This document shows positions 1-10,825 of a stretch of DNA of 64,000 nt, piece after piece. Position 1 is the stretch's first letter, and each line of letters opens with the position of its first letter. The position numbers and the translations under genes are program-made. Source of the DNA: Haemophilus parainfluenzae (lineage in GTDB: Bacteria > Pseudomonadota > Gammaproteobacteria > Enterobacterales > Pasteurellaceae); NCBI GenBank assembly GCA_018382395.1, contig JAGZQB010000002.1:32200-96199 (forward strand), written 5' to 3'. Under the pieces are notes generated by a model that did no database searches, was not told the origin of the DNA, and was given only the letters and a program-made list of their open reading frames with translations.

Positions 1-219
1 TACCATATCGGGTGGACATTTAAGATTGATAAAATCAGTCTCCCCTTGTTCTTTTAAACCAAGTTTAGTTTTACTGATTTTGCCAATAAGCGCATACCAT
101 TTCCCTTTGGCATTACCATGACGCAAGATGGCATATTCGGGGTGTTTTGCCCAAAGATATTCTGGCTGTGTCGCATATTGATTAGCGGCATAATCAAAGA
201 TTTGTTGTGCTTGGTGCAT
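1..219 (-). CDS. YjbR/MmcQ-family DNA-binding protein, N-terminal 73 aa; C-terminus lies beyond the window
   Basis: Minus-strand ATG at 219..217. I translated MHQAQQIFDYAANQYATQPEYLW..GKWYALIGKI..FINLKCPPDMV; the KxFAli and inLKCdP motifs are typical of PF04237. Confidence 0.55.
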   Translation of the reverse strand, partial: MHQAQQIFDYAANQYATQPEYLWAKHPEYAILRHGNAKGKWYALIGKISKTKLGLKEQGETDFINLKCPPDMV

Positions 220-368
220 GGGGTACTCCTTGAATGATGAATGGGGTTATTATCAGTCGTAAAGCAGAGAAAAGAAAGACCGCCTGAAAATTGAATTTCA
301 GACGGTCCTTTGCTTTAGCCTTAAAAGAGCACACATATAAGTGCGATCGTTTCTTTGTCTATTTTTAA

Positions 369-854
369 CTACTCAGTCACATAGAAAACTTGTTTTTCAA
401 ATTCGTGTTTACCAATTTTGACAGTCAGCACATATTTGCCAATTGGATCTCTGCGGTCGAATGTCCAACAGTTCATCATGTATTTACCATTTTCTAATGT
501 TGGTCTGGTATAAGTGATGGTATGGAGTTTTTTATTTGGCGATGAAACCACTTTTGCATTTTCAATTGTACTTGAGAATTCACTTTGGGCTTGAGCTTTA
601 AAGGTTTCACTTACCGTTGCTTTTTTACCAAAATTCCCCGTTGCTACCCAACATACTTTCTCAGTTTTATTGGAACGAGAGGTTTCTTTTTTATTTAAAT
701 CAGGTGATGGCTCCTGAGTTCTATCAAACACAGAGAGATAAATAGTAGGCTCATTTGCAGTATCTTTAGCTGTTTCTTTTGATTCTGGTGCTACAGCAAA
801 TGTGCCAGTTGAGAATAAGGTCGCAATTAAAGCGAATGTTGAGATTTTTTTCAT
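369..854 (-). CDS. secreted hypothetical protein with Sec signal peptide
   Basis: 161-aa ORF. N-terminus MKKISTFALIATLFSTGTFAVAP is a classic signal peptide. I recognise no domain. Confidence 0.5.
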   Translation of the reverse strand: MKKISTFALIATLFSTGTFAVAPESKETAKDTANEPTIYLSVFDRTQEPSPDLNKKETSRSNKTEKVCWVATGNFGKKATVSETFKAQAQSEFSSTIENAKVVSSPNKKLHTITYTRPTLENGKYMMNCWTFDRRDPIGKYVLTVKIGKHEFEKQVFYVTE

Positions 855-880
855 GTTAGATTCCTTTTTATATCATTATT

Positions 881-2290
881 TTATTGAACAATCATTATAC
901 CAAGGCAGCCCATATCTGCTAGCATTAAATTGGATGAGCCAAATAAGAAGGGATGGGTATTTGACGAAGGTTGTTCAAATTTTACTAAAATTTGTACTTT
1001 CTTTTTCACCCAAACCGTGTCTTTCCAGGCTAGTTCCGACGCATCGACGTTGACGTCATCTTGGCTTTCAATAACAAATTTAGCCCCTTGAATGGTGAAG
1101 CCCACAGGCAGCGAGCTGTTGATAATCCAACGTTCGACGGTGCCGACTTTAGCCGAAACATCAACACGACGCGGGTCAAAGCGTTGTTTGTTGATCAAGC
1201 CATTTGTGACATCCAATTCAAAGGTACGTTCTTGCGCGATTTTACTTGCGAGCATAGCGGAAGCATCAGTATTGAATGATTCATTCATTTTTTTACTGAA
1301 TGCAGAGATTTCACCTAGTGGACGAAGTTCTAAAACGGTGTTATCGGCAAAATCATTATTAGAACTGAATACATTTTTGATTTTGTCGAAGAAACCACGT
1401 TTTACGCCAGAAATAAGTGATACGCCTTGGCCTTCGCTTAAATTAACTAACACTTCTGCGCGTTCACCCGGTGCTAGAATGAGAGAATTAATCGCTTTAC
1501 CTTGTGGTAAAAAACCTAAATCTCTCGCAACAAGTAACATCTCCTGTTCATTATCTAAACGGAGATCATAGGCTCTTGCCAATGAGGCGTTGAGTAAACG
1601 TAAACGTACCCAACCGCGAGGGACGTCAAGATAAGGTGCTTCCTGCCCATTAACGAGAAGACGATTACCAACAAAGTGCGGTTGATTTTGCTTAAATAAT
1701 TGTAATCCGTCACCGTTAAATTCCATGTCTTGTAAGATTAATGGAATATCGTCCACACCGTATTTATGAGGTAGCTTTGATTTTAGGCTTTGATCATCTT
1801 CAATTAACCACATCCCCACAATGCCGCGATAGGTTTGATAAGCCGAGTTTGCCAGGGTGGCAGAACGATACCAGCAAGTCGCGGCATGTTGCTCTATTGG
1901 GATAATGGGTGCCCAAGATTCTCCTTTTTTGAGGATTTTTGCGGCACCGCCAAATAATTCACCACTGGCTTGTAATCCCTGAATAGAGAGAGCAATACTT
2001 TGTGGCAAATTGTTGTGATAATTGAGTTTTGCAAAGGAACCCGATTTGATACGAATAGTGGGGCCAAGATAATTGCCGTTAAAGCCCCACACACTGACAC
2101 TATGGGCGCCATCTAATTTGTAGCCGGTTTCTTCCATATTAAGAATAATTGGGCGCCCACGTTTCGCTTCCATCAACGGAGGAATGGTTAATTTTTCACG
2201 GGATGCCGCTAATACTGATTGAGGTGTAGCAGCAAGTGCGGTTGAAATTGCGGTAGTTTTTAATAATTGGCGACGAGAAAGACGCAACAT
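881..2290 (-). CDS. ftsP: cell division protein FtsP (SufI), multicopper-oxidase fold, Tat-exported
   Basis: Twin-arginine signal [21 protein letters not shown]. Length and cupredoxin-like motifs match. Sits beside plsC as in E. coli. I chose the internal Met at 2290 as the start. Confidence 0.9.
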   Translation of the reverse strand: MLRLSRRQLLKTTAISTALAATPQSVLAASREKLTIPPLMEAKRGRPIILNMEETGYKLDGAHSVSVWGFNGNYLGPTIRIKSGSFAKLNYHNNLPQSIALSIQGLQASGELFGGAAKILKKGESWAPIIPIEQHAATCWYRSATLANSAYQTYRGIVGMWLIEDDQSLKSKLPHKYGVDDIPLILQDMEFNGDGLQLFKQNQPHFVGNRLLVNGQEAPYLDVPRGWVRLRLLNASLARAYDLRLDNEQEMLLVARDLGFLPQGKAINSLILAPGERAEVLVNLSEGQGVSLISGVKRGFFDKIKNVFSSNNDFADNTVLELRPLGEISAFSKKMNESFNTDASAMLASKIAQERTFELDVTNGLINKQRFDPRRVDVSAKVGTVERWIINSSLPVGFTIQGAKFVIESQDDVNVDASELAWKDTVWVKKKVQILVKFEQPSSNTHPFLFGSSNLMLADMGCLGIMIVQ

Positions 2291-2291
2291 A

Positions 2292-3014
2292 TTATTTTCC
2301 TTGTGCAATTTCAGCATCGAGTTCAGCGATGCGTTTTTCCATTAAATCGTGGCAGTAAGAGGCGAGTTCACGTACATTGTCTTTTGTGTATGATGACACA
2401 TCAATTGGATCCATCATTTCACAAATCACCTTACCATTATCCCAACGATTCAAATCAATTTTGTTATGCGTCGTTGAACACACTACAGGCACGATTGGCA
2501 CACCAGCCGCAATTGCAGCATGGAATGCCCCTGTTTTGAATGGCAATAAGCCGCGACCACGGCTACGTGTACCTTCAGGGAACATCCAAATTGACAGGTT
2601 GTCTTTATTGATACGGCGAGCAAGTTCCGTCATGGTGCTGTGTGCTTTAGAACGATTTTCACGATCCAAGAAAATATTGCCGGTTACCCAATATAAAATA
2701 CCGAAGAAAGGAATCCAAATTAGGCTTTTTTTACCCACACTCACCGTGCGAGGGAGTACCATGTAAGAGATGGTTACCATATCGAAATTATTTTGGTGGT
2801 TACCGATGTAAATACAACGTGGCATATTCTCTTTATTTTGTGGAAATCGGTGTTCTACCTTTAAGCCAAATAAAGGGTATAAACGACCAAACCAGCGAGC
2901 CATAACGCCTACGTTACTTGGATTTTTAAAACGAATAAAGGAATAGATCGTACCGAGCACACAAATTAAAATACAACAAAGTGCAACGATGAGAATTCTG
3001 GCGATTTTTAACAT
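2292..3014 (-). CDS. plsC: 1-acyl-sn-glycerol-3-phosphate acyltransferase
   Basis: HxxxxD acyltransferase motif (NHQNNFD), N-terminal membrane anchor, FPEGTRS box. Confidence 0.9.
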   Translation of the reverse strand: MLKIARILIVALCCILICVLGTIYSFIRFKNPSNVGVMARWFGRLYPLFGLKVEHRFPQNKENMPRCIYIGNHQNNFDMVTISYMVLPRTVSVGKKSLIWIPFFGILYWVTGNIFLDRENRSKAHSTMTELARRINKDNLSIWMFPEGTRSRGRGLLPFKTGAFHAAIAAGVPIVPVVCSTTHNKIDLNRWDNGKVICEMMDPIDVSSYTKDNVRELASYCHDLMEKRIAELDAEIAQGK

Positions 3015-3101
3015 AGAAAATACCTAATTAAAATTTTTGGAAAGTATAGCAAATTACACAAAAATGTGTGCTAATCTAATGAAAAAAATGACGGAATAGT
3101 T

Positions 3102-3806
3102 ATGAAACCCATTTATTTTATTGCAGATCTTCATTTAAGCGAAACGCATCCGGAATTAACCGCACTTTTTAACGATTTTATGCAAAACAAAGCACAAGAA
3201 TCGCAAGCGGTTTATATTTTGGGAGATCTTTTTGATTTTTGGATTGGTGACGATGAAACTTCACCTTTAATCTCACAAGTAAAACAGTTGATTAAAAACC
3301 TGACAGAAAAGGGTATTGTTTGTTATTTTATTCATGGCAATCGTGATTTTTTAGTGGGGAAAAAATTTGCACAAGATTGTGGTTTAACGTTATTGCCTGA
3401 TTATCATTGTGTTGATCTTTATGGTGTGCAAACCTTAATTTGTCATGGTGATACCTTATGTGTTGATGATGTGAAATATCAACAATTTCGCCGAAAGGTG
3501 CATCAAAAATGGCGACAAAGATTGTTTTTATGCTTGCCATTAAAAGTGCGGTTAAAAATTGCAGAGAAAATTCGCGCGAAGAGTAAACAAGATAAGCAAT
3601 ATAAGTCACTGGATATCATGGATGTGAATTTAGCGTTTACGGCACAAACCGTAAAAGAATTTGGCGTAAATCGATTAATTCACGGTCATACGCATCGAGA
3701 AGCCATTCATCAGGAAAAAGGGTACACGCGAATTGTGTTAGGCGATTGGCGAAAAGATTATGCTTCAATTCTGGAAGTAACAGAAAACGGTTATCGGTTT
3801 ATTTAA
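3102..3806 (+). CDS. lpxH: UDP-2,3-diacylglucosamine diphosphatase
   Basis: [33 protein letters not shown] are calcineurin-like metallophosphatase motifs characteristic of LpxH. Confidence 0.9.
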   Translation: MKPIYFIADLHLSETHPELTALFNDFMQNKAQESQAVYILGDLFDFWIGDDETSPLISQVKQLIKNLTEKGIVCYFIHGNRDFLVGKKFAQDCGLTLLPDYHCVDLYGVQTLICHGDTLCVDDVKYQQFRRKVHQKWRQRLFLCLPLKVRLKIAEKIRAKSKQDKQYKSLDIMDVNLAFTAQTVKEFGVNRLIHGHTHREAIHQEKGYTRIVLGDWRKDYASILEVTENGYRFI

Positions 3807-3807
3807 A

Positions 3808-3842
3808 CAAAAAGCACAGGATTAAACCTGTGCTTTTTTGTA
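3808..3842 (+). terminator. rho-independent terminator after lpxH
   Basis: aaaaagcacaggattaaacctgtgcttttttg: a GC stem followed by a T-tract. Confidence 0.6.
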
Positions 3843-3870
3843 TTAAAACGTGCTGATTTTCAACCGTACT

Positions 3871-5703
3871 TTATTCTACGGTTACCGATTTTGCTAAGTT
3901 ACGAGGTTGATCCACGTCGGTTCCTTTAATTAATGCCACATGGTATGACAATAATTGCATAGGAACAGTGTAGAAAATTGGTGCAATAATTTCATTCACT
4001 TTTGGCATGGTGATAATTTTCATGCCTTCGCTTGGTGTGAAGCCTGCTTCTTTATCAGCGAACACATAAAGCTGACCACCACGCGCACGTACCTCTTCAA
4101 TGTTTGATTTCACTTTTTCAAGTAATTCATTGTTTGGTGCGACCACGATAACCGGCATATCTGCATCGATTAAGGCTAATGGACCGTGTTTTAATTCACC
4201 CGCCGCATAAGCTTCAGCATGAATATAAGAAATTTCTTTTAATTTCAATGAAGCTTCCATTGCGATAGGGTAGAACTCTCCACGACCTAAGAAAAGCGCA
4301 TGGTTTTTCTCTGCGAAGTCTTCTGCTAACGCTTCAATGTCTTTATCAAAGGCAAGAGCTTTTTCAACTTCAGCCGGAAGTGATTGTAACGCTTTTACAA
4401 TTTCCACTTCTTGTTCGTTTGAGATATTGCCTTTTACTTTACCAATTGCAGTTACTAACATTAATAATGCAGCCAACTGGGTGGTAAATGCTTTGGTTGA
4501 TGCTACACCAACTTCAACGCCTGCACGTGTCATGAAGGCAAGATCAGATTCGCGTACTAAAGATGAACTTGATACGTTACAGATCGTTAAGGCTGCCATG
4601 TAACCTTTTTCTTTTGCAAGACGAAGTGCTGCAAGAGTATCCGCTGTTTCACCTGATTGAGAGATAGTCACTAACAAGCTATTTGGGCGAGTGACAAATT
4701 TGCGATAGCGGAATTCAGACGCGATTTCAACATCACAGCTCACGCCAGCAAGTGCTTCGAACCAGTAACGAGCAGTCATCCCTGCATTATAAGAGGTACC
4801 ACAAGCCACAATTTGAATGTGTTCAACTTTTTCTAAAATTTCAGCTGCGCCATTACCAATAGCATCCACAATCACGTTGTTATGAAGGATACGCCCTTCC
4901 ATGGTGTTGATTAATGCATTTGGTTGCTCATAGATTTCTTTTTGCATGAAATGGCGGAATTTGCCTTTTTCTGCTGCATCATTTTCAAGGTTAGACTCGT
5001 GTACTTCACGTTCTACTTTTTGACCATTCGCATCGTAAATATCCACGGTGCGACGTGTGATTTCTGCGATATCGCCCTCTTCTAAATAGATGAAACGACG
5101 AGTTACGCTTAAGAGCGCAAGTTGGTCAGATGCCAGGAAGTTTTCACCAATTCCTAAACCAATCACTAATGGGCTGCCTGAACGAGCTGCCACTAAATGT
5201 TCTGGATGCTCACGATCTAGTACAACCATACCATATGCACCAGTAAGTTGTTTTACGGTTTTTTGTACTGCTTCAAGAAGATTTGAGGCTGTACGCATTT
5301 CCCAATTAACAAGGTGTGCAATTACTTCGGTATCGGTTTGAGAATTAAACACGTAGCCACGTGATTTAAGTAATTCACGTAATTCTTCGTGATTTTCGAT
5401 GATACCGTTATGGACAACAGCAAAGTTACCTGAAGTATGCGGATGAGCATTAGCTTCAGACGGTTCACCATGAGTTGCCCAACGCGTGTGAGCGATACCT
5501 GTACCACCGATTAATGGTTTTACTGCAACGGCTTCATCAAGGGCTTTTACTTTACCCAAGCAGCGTACGCGGTGTAATTCATGGTTTGGATCCACAACAG
5601 CAACACCCGCAGAGTCGTAACCACGATACTCTAAGCGGTGTAAACCGTTAATTAAAATTTCTGCTACATCACGTTGTGCTACCGCACCAACAATACCACA
5701 CAT
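3871..5703 (-). CDS. glmS: glutamine--fructose-6-phosphate aminotransferase
   Basis: N-terminal MCGIVGAV (Cys2 nucleophile), SIS domains, C-terminal ..KSVTVE. Confidence 0.95.
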   Translation of the reverse strand: MCGIVGAVAQRDVAEILINGLHRLEYRGYDSAGVAVVDPNHELHRVRCLGKVKALDEAVAVKPLIGGTGIAHTRWATHGEPSEANAHPHTSGNFAVVHNGIIENHEELRELLKSRGYVFNSQTDTEVIAHLVNWEMRTASNLLEAVQKTVKQLTGAYGMVVLDREHPEHLVAARSGSPLVIGLGIGENFLASDQLALLSVTRRFIYLEEGDIAEITRRTVDIYDANGQKVEREVHESNLENDAAEKGKFRHFMQKEIYEQPNALINTMEGRILHNNVIVDAIGNGAAEILEKVEHIQIVACGTSYNAGMTARYWFEALAGVSCDVEIASEFRYRKFVTRPNSLLVTISQSGETADTLAALRLAKEKGYMAALTICNVSSSSLVRESDLAFMTRAGVEVGVASTKAFTTQLAALLMLVTAIGKVKGNISNEQEVEIVKALQSLPAEVEKALAFDKDIEALAEDFAEKNHALFLGRGEFYPIAMEASLKLKEISYIHAEAYAAGELKHGPLALIDADMPVIVVAPNNELLEKVKSNIEEVRARGGQLYVFADKEAGFTPSEGMKIITMPKVNEIIAPIFYTVPMQLLSYHVALIKGTDVDQPRNLAKSVTVE

Positions 5704-5753
5704 AGTTTTTCCTTATTTAATAAAATTAAAAGTCTTGTTTTTCTGACCGCACT

Positions 5754-6536
5754 TTATGCTACATCCACACAAATCACTTCCACGCCTTGCGCCACTATAG
5801 CTTCTTTGTCGGCCTGAGATAATTTGTTATCGGTAATCAGCACATCAATTTGTTGCCAGGTTAATTCCACATTTGGCATTTTTCTGCCAATTTTTTGTGA
5901 TTCCACCATCACAATCACTTCGCGAGATACTTCAGCCATCACCTGGCTTAAGCGAACCAACTCATTAAATGTTGTTGTACCACGTTCTAAATCAATGCCA
6001 TCGGCACCAATAAATAATTGGTCAAAATCATAAGAACGTAGCACTTGCTCGGCAATATTGCCTTGGAAGGATTCAGAACGTGTGTCCCAAGTGCCTCCCG
6101 TCATTAAGAGTGTCGGTTCATTTTCGAGTGAACGTAATGCGGTGGCCACCGAAAGCGAATTCGTCATCACAACCAAGCCTTGCTTGCGATTAAGTTGTTT
6201 AATCAATGCAGCGGTTGTGCTGCCACTATCCACAATAATACGATTGTGATCACGAATACGTTCTGCGGCTGCCTTTGCTAAGACTAACTTTCGTTGCGAA
6301 AGTTCATCATCTTGTTCCTCTTCGATGATTTCTTGTGGCATTAAAATGGCGCCACCATATTTACGAAGAAGGAAACCATTACTTTCCAATGCAGTGAGAT
6401 CTTTTCGAATCGTCACTTCAGAGGTGTCAAATAACTGTACGAGTTGTTCTACACTGACTTCACCTTGTTCTTGCAGAAGTTGCATGATGACATGTCTGCG
6501 CTGTTGGGTATTTCGGTGTTGAATGTTTCGTTTCAT
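5754..6536 (-). CDS. DeoR/GlpR-family transcriptional repressor
   Basis: N-terminal HTH (RRHVIMQLLQEQGEVSVEQLVQLFDTSEVTIRKDL) plus a DeoR C-terminal sugar-phosphate-binding domain. Confidence 0.85.
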   Translation of the reverse strand: MKRNIQHRNTQQRRHVIMQLLQEQGEVSVEQLVQLFDTSEVTIRKDLTALESNGFLLRKYGGAILMPQEIIEEEQDDELSQRKLVLAKAAAERIRDHNRIIVDSGSTTAALIKQLNRKQGLVVMTNSLSVATALRSLENEPTLLMTGGTWDTRSESFQGNIAEQVLRSYDFDQLFIGADGIDLERGTTTFNELVRLSQVMAEVSREVIVMVESQKIGRKMPNVELTWQQIDVLITDNKLSQADKEAIVAQGVEVICVDVA

Positions 6537-6608
6537 TATTTATATCCGTATTTAAGTTTCGGTTCGGAATTATATCGGCAAAATGATGATTGTAAAGCTA
6601 AAATTTAG

Positions 6609-6641
6609 TCAACAAAAAACCCTGACAAAGCAGGGTTCAAT
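6609..6641 (-). terminator. hupA terminator
   Basis: Minus strand aaccctgctttgtcagggttttttg: hairpin plus T-run. Confidence 0.6.
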
Positions 6642-6662
6642 TAAAATTCGTTTTAAGACTAA

Positions 6663-6935
6663 TTATTTGATTGCGTCTTTTAATGCTTTACCAGATACGA
6701 ATGCTGGAACTTTAGATGCTGCGATTTTGATTTCAGCACCAGTTTGTGGGTTACGGCCAGTACGTGCAGCACGTTTGTTTACTTTGAATGTACCGAAGCC
6801 GATTAATTGAACAGGTTCACCTTTTTTAAGGCTACCAGTGATAGCGGCTAAAGTAGCTTCTAATGCAGCTTTAGCTTGTTTTTTGTTTAATTCAGCTGCA
6901 CTTGCAATTGCATCGATTAAATCTGTTTTGTTCAT
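6663..6935 (-). CDS. hupA: DNA-binding protein HU
   Basis: [29 protein letters not shown], 90 aa. Confidence 0.95.
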   Translation of the reverse strand: MNKTDLIDAIASAAELNKKQAKAALEATLAAITGSLKKGEPVQLIGFGTFKVNKRAARTGRNPQTGAEIKIAASKVPAFVSGKALKDAIK

Positions 6936-7072
6936 AAATTTGTACCTTCTGTTAAATTAAAATTGACTCTATTCAAATAAGCGTAGCTTTTAACTGCTAC
7001 GGCTTGGGCAAGTCTAATCGAACTTGGGGGGAAATAAAAGCCCGATTTGCAAAAATTGTGACAAATCTCACG

Positions 7073-7663
7073 TTATTGCTCAATTTTTATACCAATGTTG
7101 GAGATTCCCTCCTGCTTTATCTCGTTTCGGAGGGATAAAATCAAGTCTACATCGCGTTTTTCACAGTCTTTGAGTAAGCGATAGATTTGCCATTGAAGGT
7201 CTAATTCTTCTTCAATTTCTTCACGACCTTTCAGTTCAGTTTCAGAAAGATCACGATCTTCTTGTGTTTCTAACAAAGAACAAACCGTGCCTAATGAAAT
7301 TTGGCTGATTTGAATTGCTTTTTCAAGTGTCTCGCCCGCGATAATCGCATGCAACAATTCACCTAACGCTTCACAAGCATCGAGTGCAGGTACCACACCA
7401 AAGAAGTCGTAATCATTCACATCAGGAATAATTTCTTCAAGTTTCTCTAATTGGTTCTCGAAATTAATCTTTGCCTCTTTAACCGTTAGAAACTCCCACA
7501 CTAAGTTTAAAATGTTGTGATAGGTTTTTTCTGCAGGCTTTTGTTCCGTCATTTGGCAGAATAGGGCAAAGTTCGGTGCCATACGCTCGCATAAGCAAGC
7601 CATAAAGGTCAGATGTTGCCAGCTTTCGAGATTTTCGAGACGCTTGTGAATCGGATTTCGCAT
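7073..7663 (-). CDS. yjaG: YjaG/DUF416-family protein
   Basis: 196 aa and acidic. Adjacent to hupA exactly as yjaG is in E. coli. N-terminus LENLESWQHLTFMACLCERMAPNF. Confidence 0.75.
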   Translation of the reverse strand: MRNPIHKRLENLESWQHLTFMACLCERMAPNFALFCQMTEQKPAEKTYHNILNLVWEFLTVKEAKINFENQLEKLEEIIPDVNDYDFFGVVPALDACEALGELLHAIIAGETLEKAIQISQISLGTVCSLLETQEDRDLSETELKGREEIEEELDLQWQIYRLLKDCEKRDVDLILSLRNEIKQEGISNIGIKIEQ

Positions 7664-7674
7664 TTTTTTCTCGC

Positions 7675-8739
7675 TTATTTATGATAGGCTTTAGAGAACT
7701 CATGAATCGCATCCACGAAGATTTTTGGTGCACTTTCCGGCACATCTTGGTGAATACCATGACCTAAATTAAATACATGTCCGCTGCCTTGACCAAAATC
7801 AGCTAAAATTGACCGCACTTCTTGCTCAATACGCTCTGCAGGTGCATATAACACGCTTGGATCCATATTGCCTTGTAGTGCTACTTTATGGCCTACGCGT
7901 GCTTTCGCATCCGCTAAATTCACTGTCCAGTCTAACCCGAGCGCATCACAGCCTGTATTTGCCATGGCTTCTAACCATAACCCGCCACCTTTGGTAAATA
8001 AAGTCACCGGCACTTTACGGCCATCGTATTCACGAATTAAACCATCGACGATTTTGTGCATATATTGTAGAGAGAAGTCTAAATATTCACGATGACCTAA
8101 CACACCGCCCCAAGTATCAAATACCATGACGGCTTGTGCACCTGCTTTGATTTGTGCGTTTAGGTATAAAATCACGGAATCCGCCACTTTATCTAATAAA
8201 AGATGTAAGGTTTGCGGTTCGGCATACATCATTTTTTTGATTTTATTGAAGGTTTTGCTGCTACCACCTTCAACCATATAAGTAGCCAGTGTCCACGGGC
8301 TACCAGAGAAACCAATCAGTGGCACTTCGCCTTTTAGTTCGCGACGAATTGTGCGAACAGCATTCATTACATATTGAAGTTCGCCTTCTGGGTCAGGAAT
8401 CGGTAAATTTTCGACCGCACTTTTGTTTTCAATTGGATGAGCAAATTTCGGACCTTCACCCGCACCAAAACTTAATCCTAAGCCCATTGCATCAGGAATA
8501 GTTAGAATATCTGAAAATAAAATGGCTGCATCTAAAGCATAGCGACGAAGTGGCTGTAAGGTGACTTCACAAGCTAAATCCGCATTACGGCAAAGAGACA
8601 TAAAATCGCCCGCTTCAGCGCGTGTTGCTTTATATTCAGGCAAATAGCGTCCCGCTTGGCGCATCATCCATACGGGTGTCATATCCACTGGTTCACGTAA
8701 TAAGGCTTTTAAATAACGATCATTTTTTAATTCAGACAT
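7675..8739 (-). CDS. hemE: uroporphyrinogen decarboxylase
   Basis: [36 protein letters not shown] is near-identical to the E. coli HemE N-terminus. I moved the start to the internal ATG at 8739. Confidence 0.95.
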   Translation of the reverse strand: MSELKNDRYLKALLREPVDMTPVWMMRQAGRYLPEYKATRAEAGDFMSLCRNADLACEVTLQPLRRYALDAAILFSDILTIPDAMGLGLSFGAGEGPKFAHPIENKSAVENLPIPDPEGELQYVMNAVRTIRRELKGEVPLIGFSGSPWTLATYMVEGGSSKTFNKIKKMMYAEPQTLHLLLDKVADSVILYLNAQIKAGAQAVMVFDTWGGVLGHREYLDFSLQYMHKIVDGLIREYDGRKVPVTLFTKGGGLWLEAMANTGCDALGLDWTVNLADAKARVGHKVALQGNMDPSVLYAPAERIEQEVRSILADFGQGSGHVFNLGHGIHQDVPESAPKIFVDAIHEFSKAYHK

Positions 8740-8749
8740 GGGCTTTCCT

Positions 8750-9544
8750 TTATTTATTTTGTTCCGCTTTGCAAAGCTCAAGCGTAGCATTAATTAATTT
8801 GAGTGCGATAGTACCTGTTGGCGGTAATTCTGGCAAGGGGGCAGCGCTAGAAAACCATTGTGCATCATGCAGTTCTGTTTCTTGCAGTTGAATTTCTCCA
8901 CTGTCGTAATCGGCTAAAAAGCCCACCATTTGTGAATTCGGGAATGCCCAAGGTTGACTACCGAAATAGCGAATATTTTTAATGCGAATACCCGTTTCTT
9001 CAAAGACTTCGCGGCGAACCGCATCTTCGAAGGTTTCGCCCACTTCCACAAAACCGGCGAGCGTGGTATACATCCCCGCTTTGCCAGGCGTGTAATGGCG
9101 TTTATGGTTGGCTAATAAAATCTCTGTGCCACGGCGAACGGCGACAATAATCGAAGGGCAAATAACGGGGTAAGTACGATAGCCACAACTTGTGCATTGA
9201 ACCGCTAGCTCATCGTGAGTTTGTTCCGCTTTTTGACCGCACTTTCCGCAGAATTGGTGGGTTTTCAAAAAATGATTGATTTCCACGCCTCGGCTTAATA
9301 AATGAAAATCTTCAGTTGGTAAAGGCAACAAACTCCGTAAGGAAAGGTATTCTCGTTCATCTTGATCATTTTCTGCCACAAGCCATAAAGATTGAGATTT
9401 CCATTTCCCGAGCAACATTGCTTTTTGTGTCGTGAGGCCGAGTTCCTTTGCTGATCCGAAAGGCAGATCATTTTCCTGCCAATAAATCATCGATCCTTTG
9501 GTGAACAGCCAATATCCCTGATCTTCGGGCTGAATTGCTTTCAT
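8750..9544 (-). CDS. nudC: NAD-capped RNA hydrolase / NADH pyrophosphatase
   Basis: Zinc-ribbon CGKCG..CTSCG plus Nudix box [23 protein letters not shown]. nudC-hemE synteny. Confidence 0.9.
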   Translation of the reverse strand: MKAIQPEDQGYWLFTKGSMIYWQENDLPFGSAKELGLTTQKAMLLGKWKSQSLWLVAENDQDEREYLSLRSLLPLPTEDFHLLSRGVEINHFLKTHQFCGKCGQKAEQTHDELAVQCTSCGYRTYPVICPSIIVAVRRGTEILLANHKRHYTPGKAGMYTTLAGFVEVGETFEDAVRREVFEETGIRIKNIRYFGSQPWAFPNSQMVGFLADYDSGEIQLQETELHDAQWFSSAAPLPELPPTGTIALKLINATLELCKAEQNK

Positions 9545-9692
9545 GTTTTTCTCTTTTTTATCTCAAAAGTGCGGTCATTATAAAAGGGATTTTTTGGAAA
9601 AACGAATTTAATTTCTGTGATAAAAATAGCTAGTCAGTTTTCGTTGTGCTATAGTAGCAACCTGTTTTTCTTTTTAAAATTGGGAATGCAAA

Positions 9693-10148
9693 ATGTCTTT
9701 TTTCTCTTTTGCTTTTTTAGAAAATGCGATGTCTTTTCAAGGTTATCTTAAATATATCGCCATTTTTGTCTCGCTAGGTGCATTGCTTGTGGTAACAAGC
9801 TTATATTTGCGTCATCGGTTACAAACCAAATATCGTGATCTCAGTATTATTTTCCTTTTATTAATCATTTTCTTGCTCGGTGTGCAATATAACCAATATG
9901 AGCGAAGTGAAGTCTATACAGCTGATACCTCTCGCGTGGTGACATTTTTAAATTCGGTGAAAGACAGTCAAAATTTGCAGAAAGAAGATATTCGTACCAA
10001 TAGCCGTACATTAACGAACGGCATGATTTTAAATATTCGGGATCAGTATTTCGAAGTCCATTTTAATAATGATTTTTCAGCGTATACCTTATCCCCAATT
10101 AACTTAGTAAACCCGAATGTTACTGTGATTGATAAGGAGGATAAATAA
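9693..10148 (+). CDS. DUF3290-family small membrane protein
   Basis: Two predicted TM helices. It is translationally coupled (ATAATGG overlap) to the downstream DUF421 gene, a pairing typical of DUF3290. Confidence 0.6.
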   Translation: MSFFSFAFLENAMSFQGYLKYIAIFVSLGALLVVTSLYLRHRLQTKYRDLSIIFLLLIIFLLGVQYNQYERSEVYTADTSRVVTFLNSVKDSQNLQKEDIRTNSRTLTNGMILNIRDQYFEVHFNNDFSAYTLSPINLVNPNVTVIDKEDK

Positions 10149-10783
10149 TGGATGGCTACACATTATTAGGCTTGAAATTGGCCATGGGTATTATTGGACT
10201 GGTACTCCAAATTAACTTAATGGGAAAAGGTAACCTTGCACCGACCTCCGCGATGGATCAGGTACAAAACTATGTGCTAGGTGGCATTATTGGTGGTGTG
10301 ATTTATAGCGATAGTATTGGGGTATTCCAGTTCTCTCTCGTGCTCGTGCTTTGGACATTATTGGTTTTTACCCTCCGTTTTATCAAAAATCATAACAAAT
10401 TAGTTAAATCTTTGATTGATGGTAAACCTGTTTGGGTGATTTCAAACGGTAAGGTCAAAACCGCTGAATGTATGAAAAACGGTATTGCTGCCCATGACCT
10501 CATGTTTAAGTTACGTGCAGCCGGTATCTATGAAATCAAAACGGTTAAACGTGCGGTATTCGAACAAAATGGGCAACTCTCGATTATTCAATACGGCGAT
10601 GATAACTTACGTTATCCATTAATTGTTGATGGACAATTAGATGATGATATTTTAGACATTATTGATCGTGATGAAGAATGGGTTAAAGCCGAGTTAGAAA
10701 AACAGAACCTAACAGTTGAGCAAGTGTATATTGGCGAATATTTGAATGGTCAGTTAGTGACACATTTATATGAAAACAAATAA
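10148..10783 (+). CDS. DUF421 (YetF-like) membrane protein
   Basis: N-terminus MDGYTLLGLKLAMGIIGLVLQINLMGKGNLAPTSAMDQVQNYVLGGIIGGVIY is the DUF421 signature; C-terminal DUF2179-like soluble domain. Confidence 0.7.
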   Translation: MDGYTLLGLKLAMGIIGLVLQINLMGKGNLAPTSAMDQVQNYVLGGIIGGVIYSDSIGVFQFSLVLVLWTLLVFTLRFIKNHNKLVKSLIDGKPVWVISNGKVKTAECMKNGIAAHDLMFKLRAAGIYEIKTVKRAVFEQNGQLSIIQYGDDNLRYPLIVDGQLDDDILDIIDRDEEWVKAELEKQNLTVEQVYIGEYLNGQLVTHLYENK

Positions 10784-10818
10784 AAAAAGACCGCACCTTA
10801 AAAGTGCGGTCTTTTTTG
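10784..10818. terminator. bidirectional USS-pair terminator
   Basis: aaaaagaccgcaccttaaaagtgcggtcttttttg: inverted USS copies flanked by A and T tracts. Confidence 0.7.
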
Positions 10819-10825
10819 TTCCATT

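Noticed and set aside
1092-1571. 159-aa + strand ORF; similar antisense ORFs at 802-1053, 2377-2766, 4337-4603, 6583-6810, 28536-28796, 48095-48400 and 49859-50101
   Set aside because: Each lies entirely inside a well-supported gene on the opposite strand (ftsP, plsC, glmS, hupA, tonB, SulP, adhesin). Their compositions are low-complexity reflections of that gene. These are shadow ORFs.
9693-10783. DUF3290/DUF421 pair considered as a toxin-antitoxin or defence module
   Set aside because: Both are multi-pass membrane proteins with conserved pairing across many genomes. There are no toxin/nuclease motifs and no mobile-element context.
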